From assembly GCA_002269645.1 (NCBI GenBank), contig NIVC01003443.1:33282-97281 (forward strand): a DNA stretch of 64,000 bases. The letters run 5' to 3'. Positions within the stretch are counted from its first letter, which is position 1; every line of letters begins with the position of its first letter. Positions 63,818 through 64,000 of this stretch are shown here, one piece after another. The notes under the pieces were generated by a model, which did not search any database, was not told the DNA's origin, and was given only the letters and a program-made list of their open reading frames with translations. A program made the translations under genes and the position numbers. The stretch comes from Macrostomum lignano (taxonomy: Eukaryota).

Positions 63818-64000
63818 TTTTTACTTTTTATTCCTCTTATGCATGCATGAGAGCTTAAGCCAAGTTATGGTTTTTTGCTTGGGCGTAGAAAATTGTTCAT
63901 TTGCCAACGATAGAGAGAATTCTAAAGCAACTGATCTCGTACCATAGAGATGAAAAGGACAAGGAGGTATATGCTCATGTTTGCATAATAATTCTATATT

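Overview
Animal genomic DNA with spliceosomal introns, CAG-rich coding sequence and minisatellite-filled introns. It resembles a Macrostomum-type flatworm, which is an inference from style only. The 0.6-13.1 kb region is a transposon nest. It holds three divergent Crypton-type (DUF3504) tyrosine-recombinase genes or fragments, a hAT MITE, a palindromic MITE, a THAP fragment, a MULE-like fragment and a Harbinger remnant (Myb-like ORF plus DDE C-terminus). The 8-mer CCATAGAC/GTCTATGG occurs about 19 times in the first 14 kb, against about 0.4 expected, and sits at junctions between TE fragments and upstream of gene starts. Host genes, mostly on the minus strand, are a multi-exon C2H2 zinc-finger gene, a small 4-TM protein, a low-complexity acidic protein, cytochrome b561, a polypeptide GalNAc-transferase, a dynein light chain-like gene (+), a small orphan gene and two tandem Q-rich paralogs. 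There are also two tRNA-derived SINEs, a TA-flanked MITE, about 25 tandem arrays and a 1.9-kb block almost free of CpG. Single-base frameshifts in several otherwise intact genes suggest assembly indel errors, so all pseudogene calls are provisional. All translations, splice sites and counts were read by eye.
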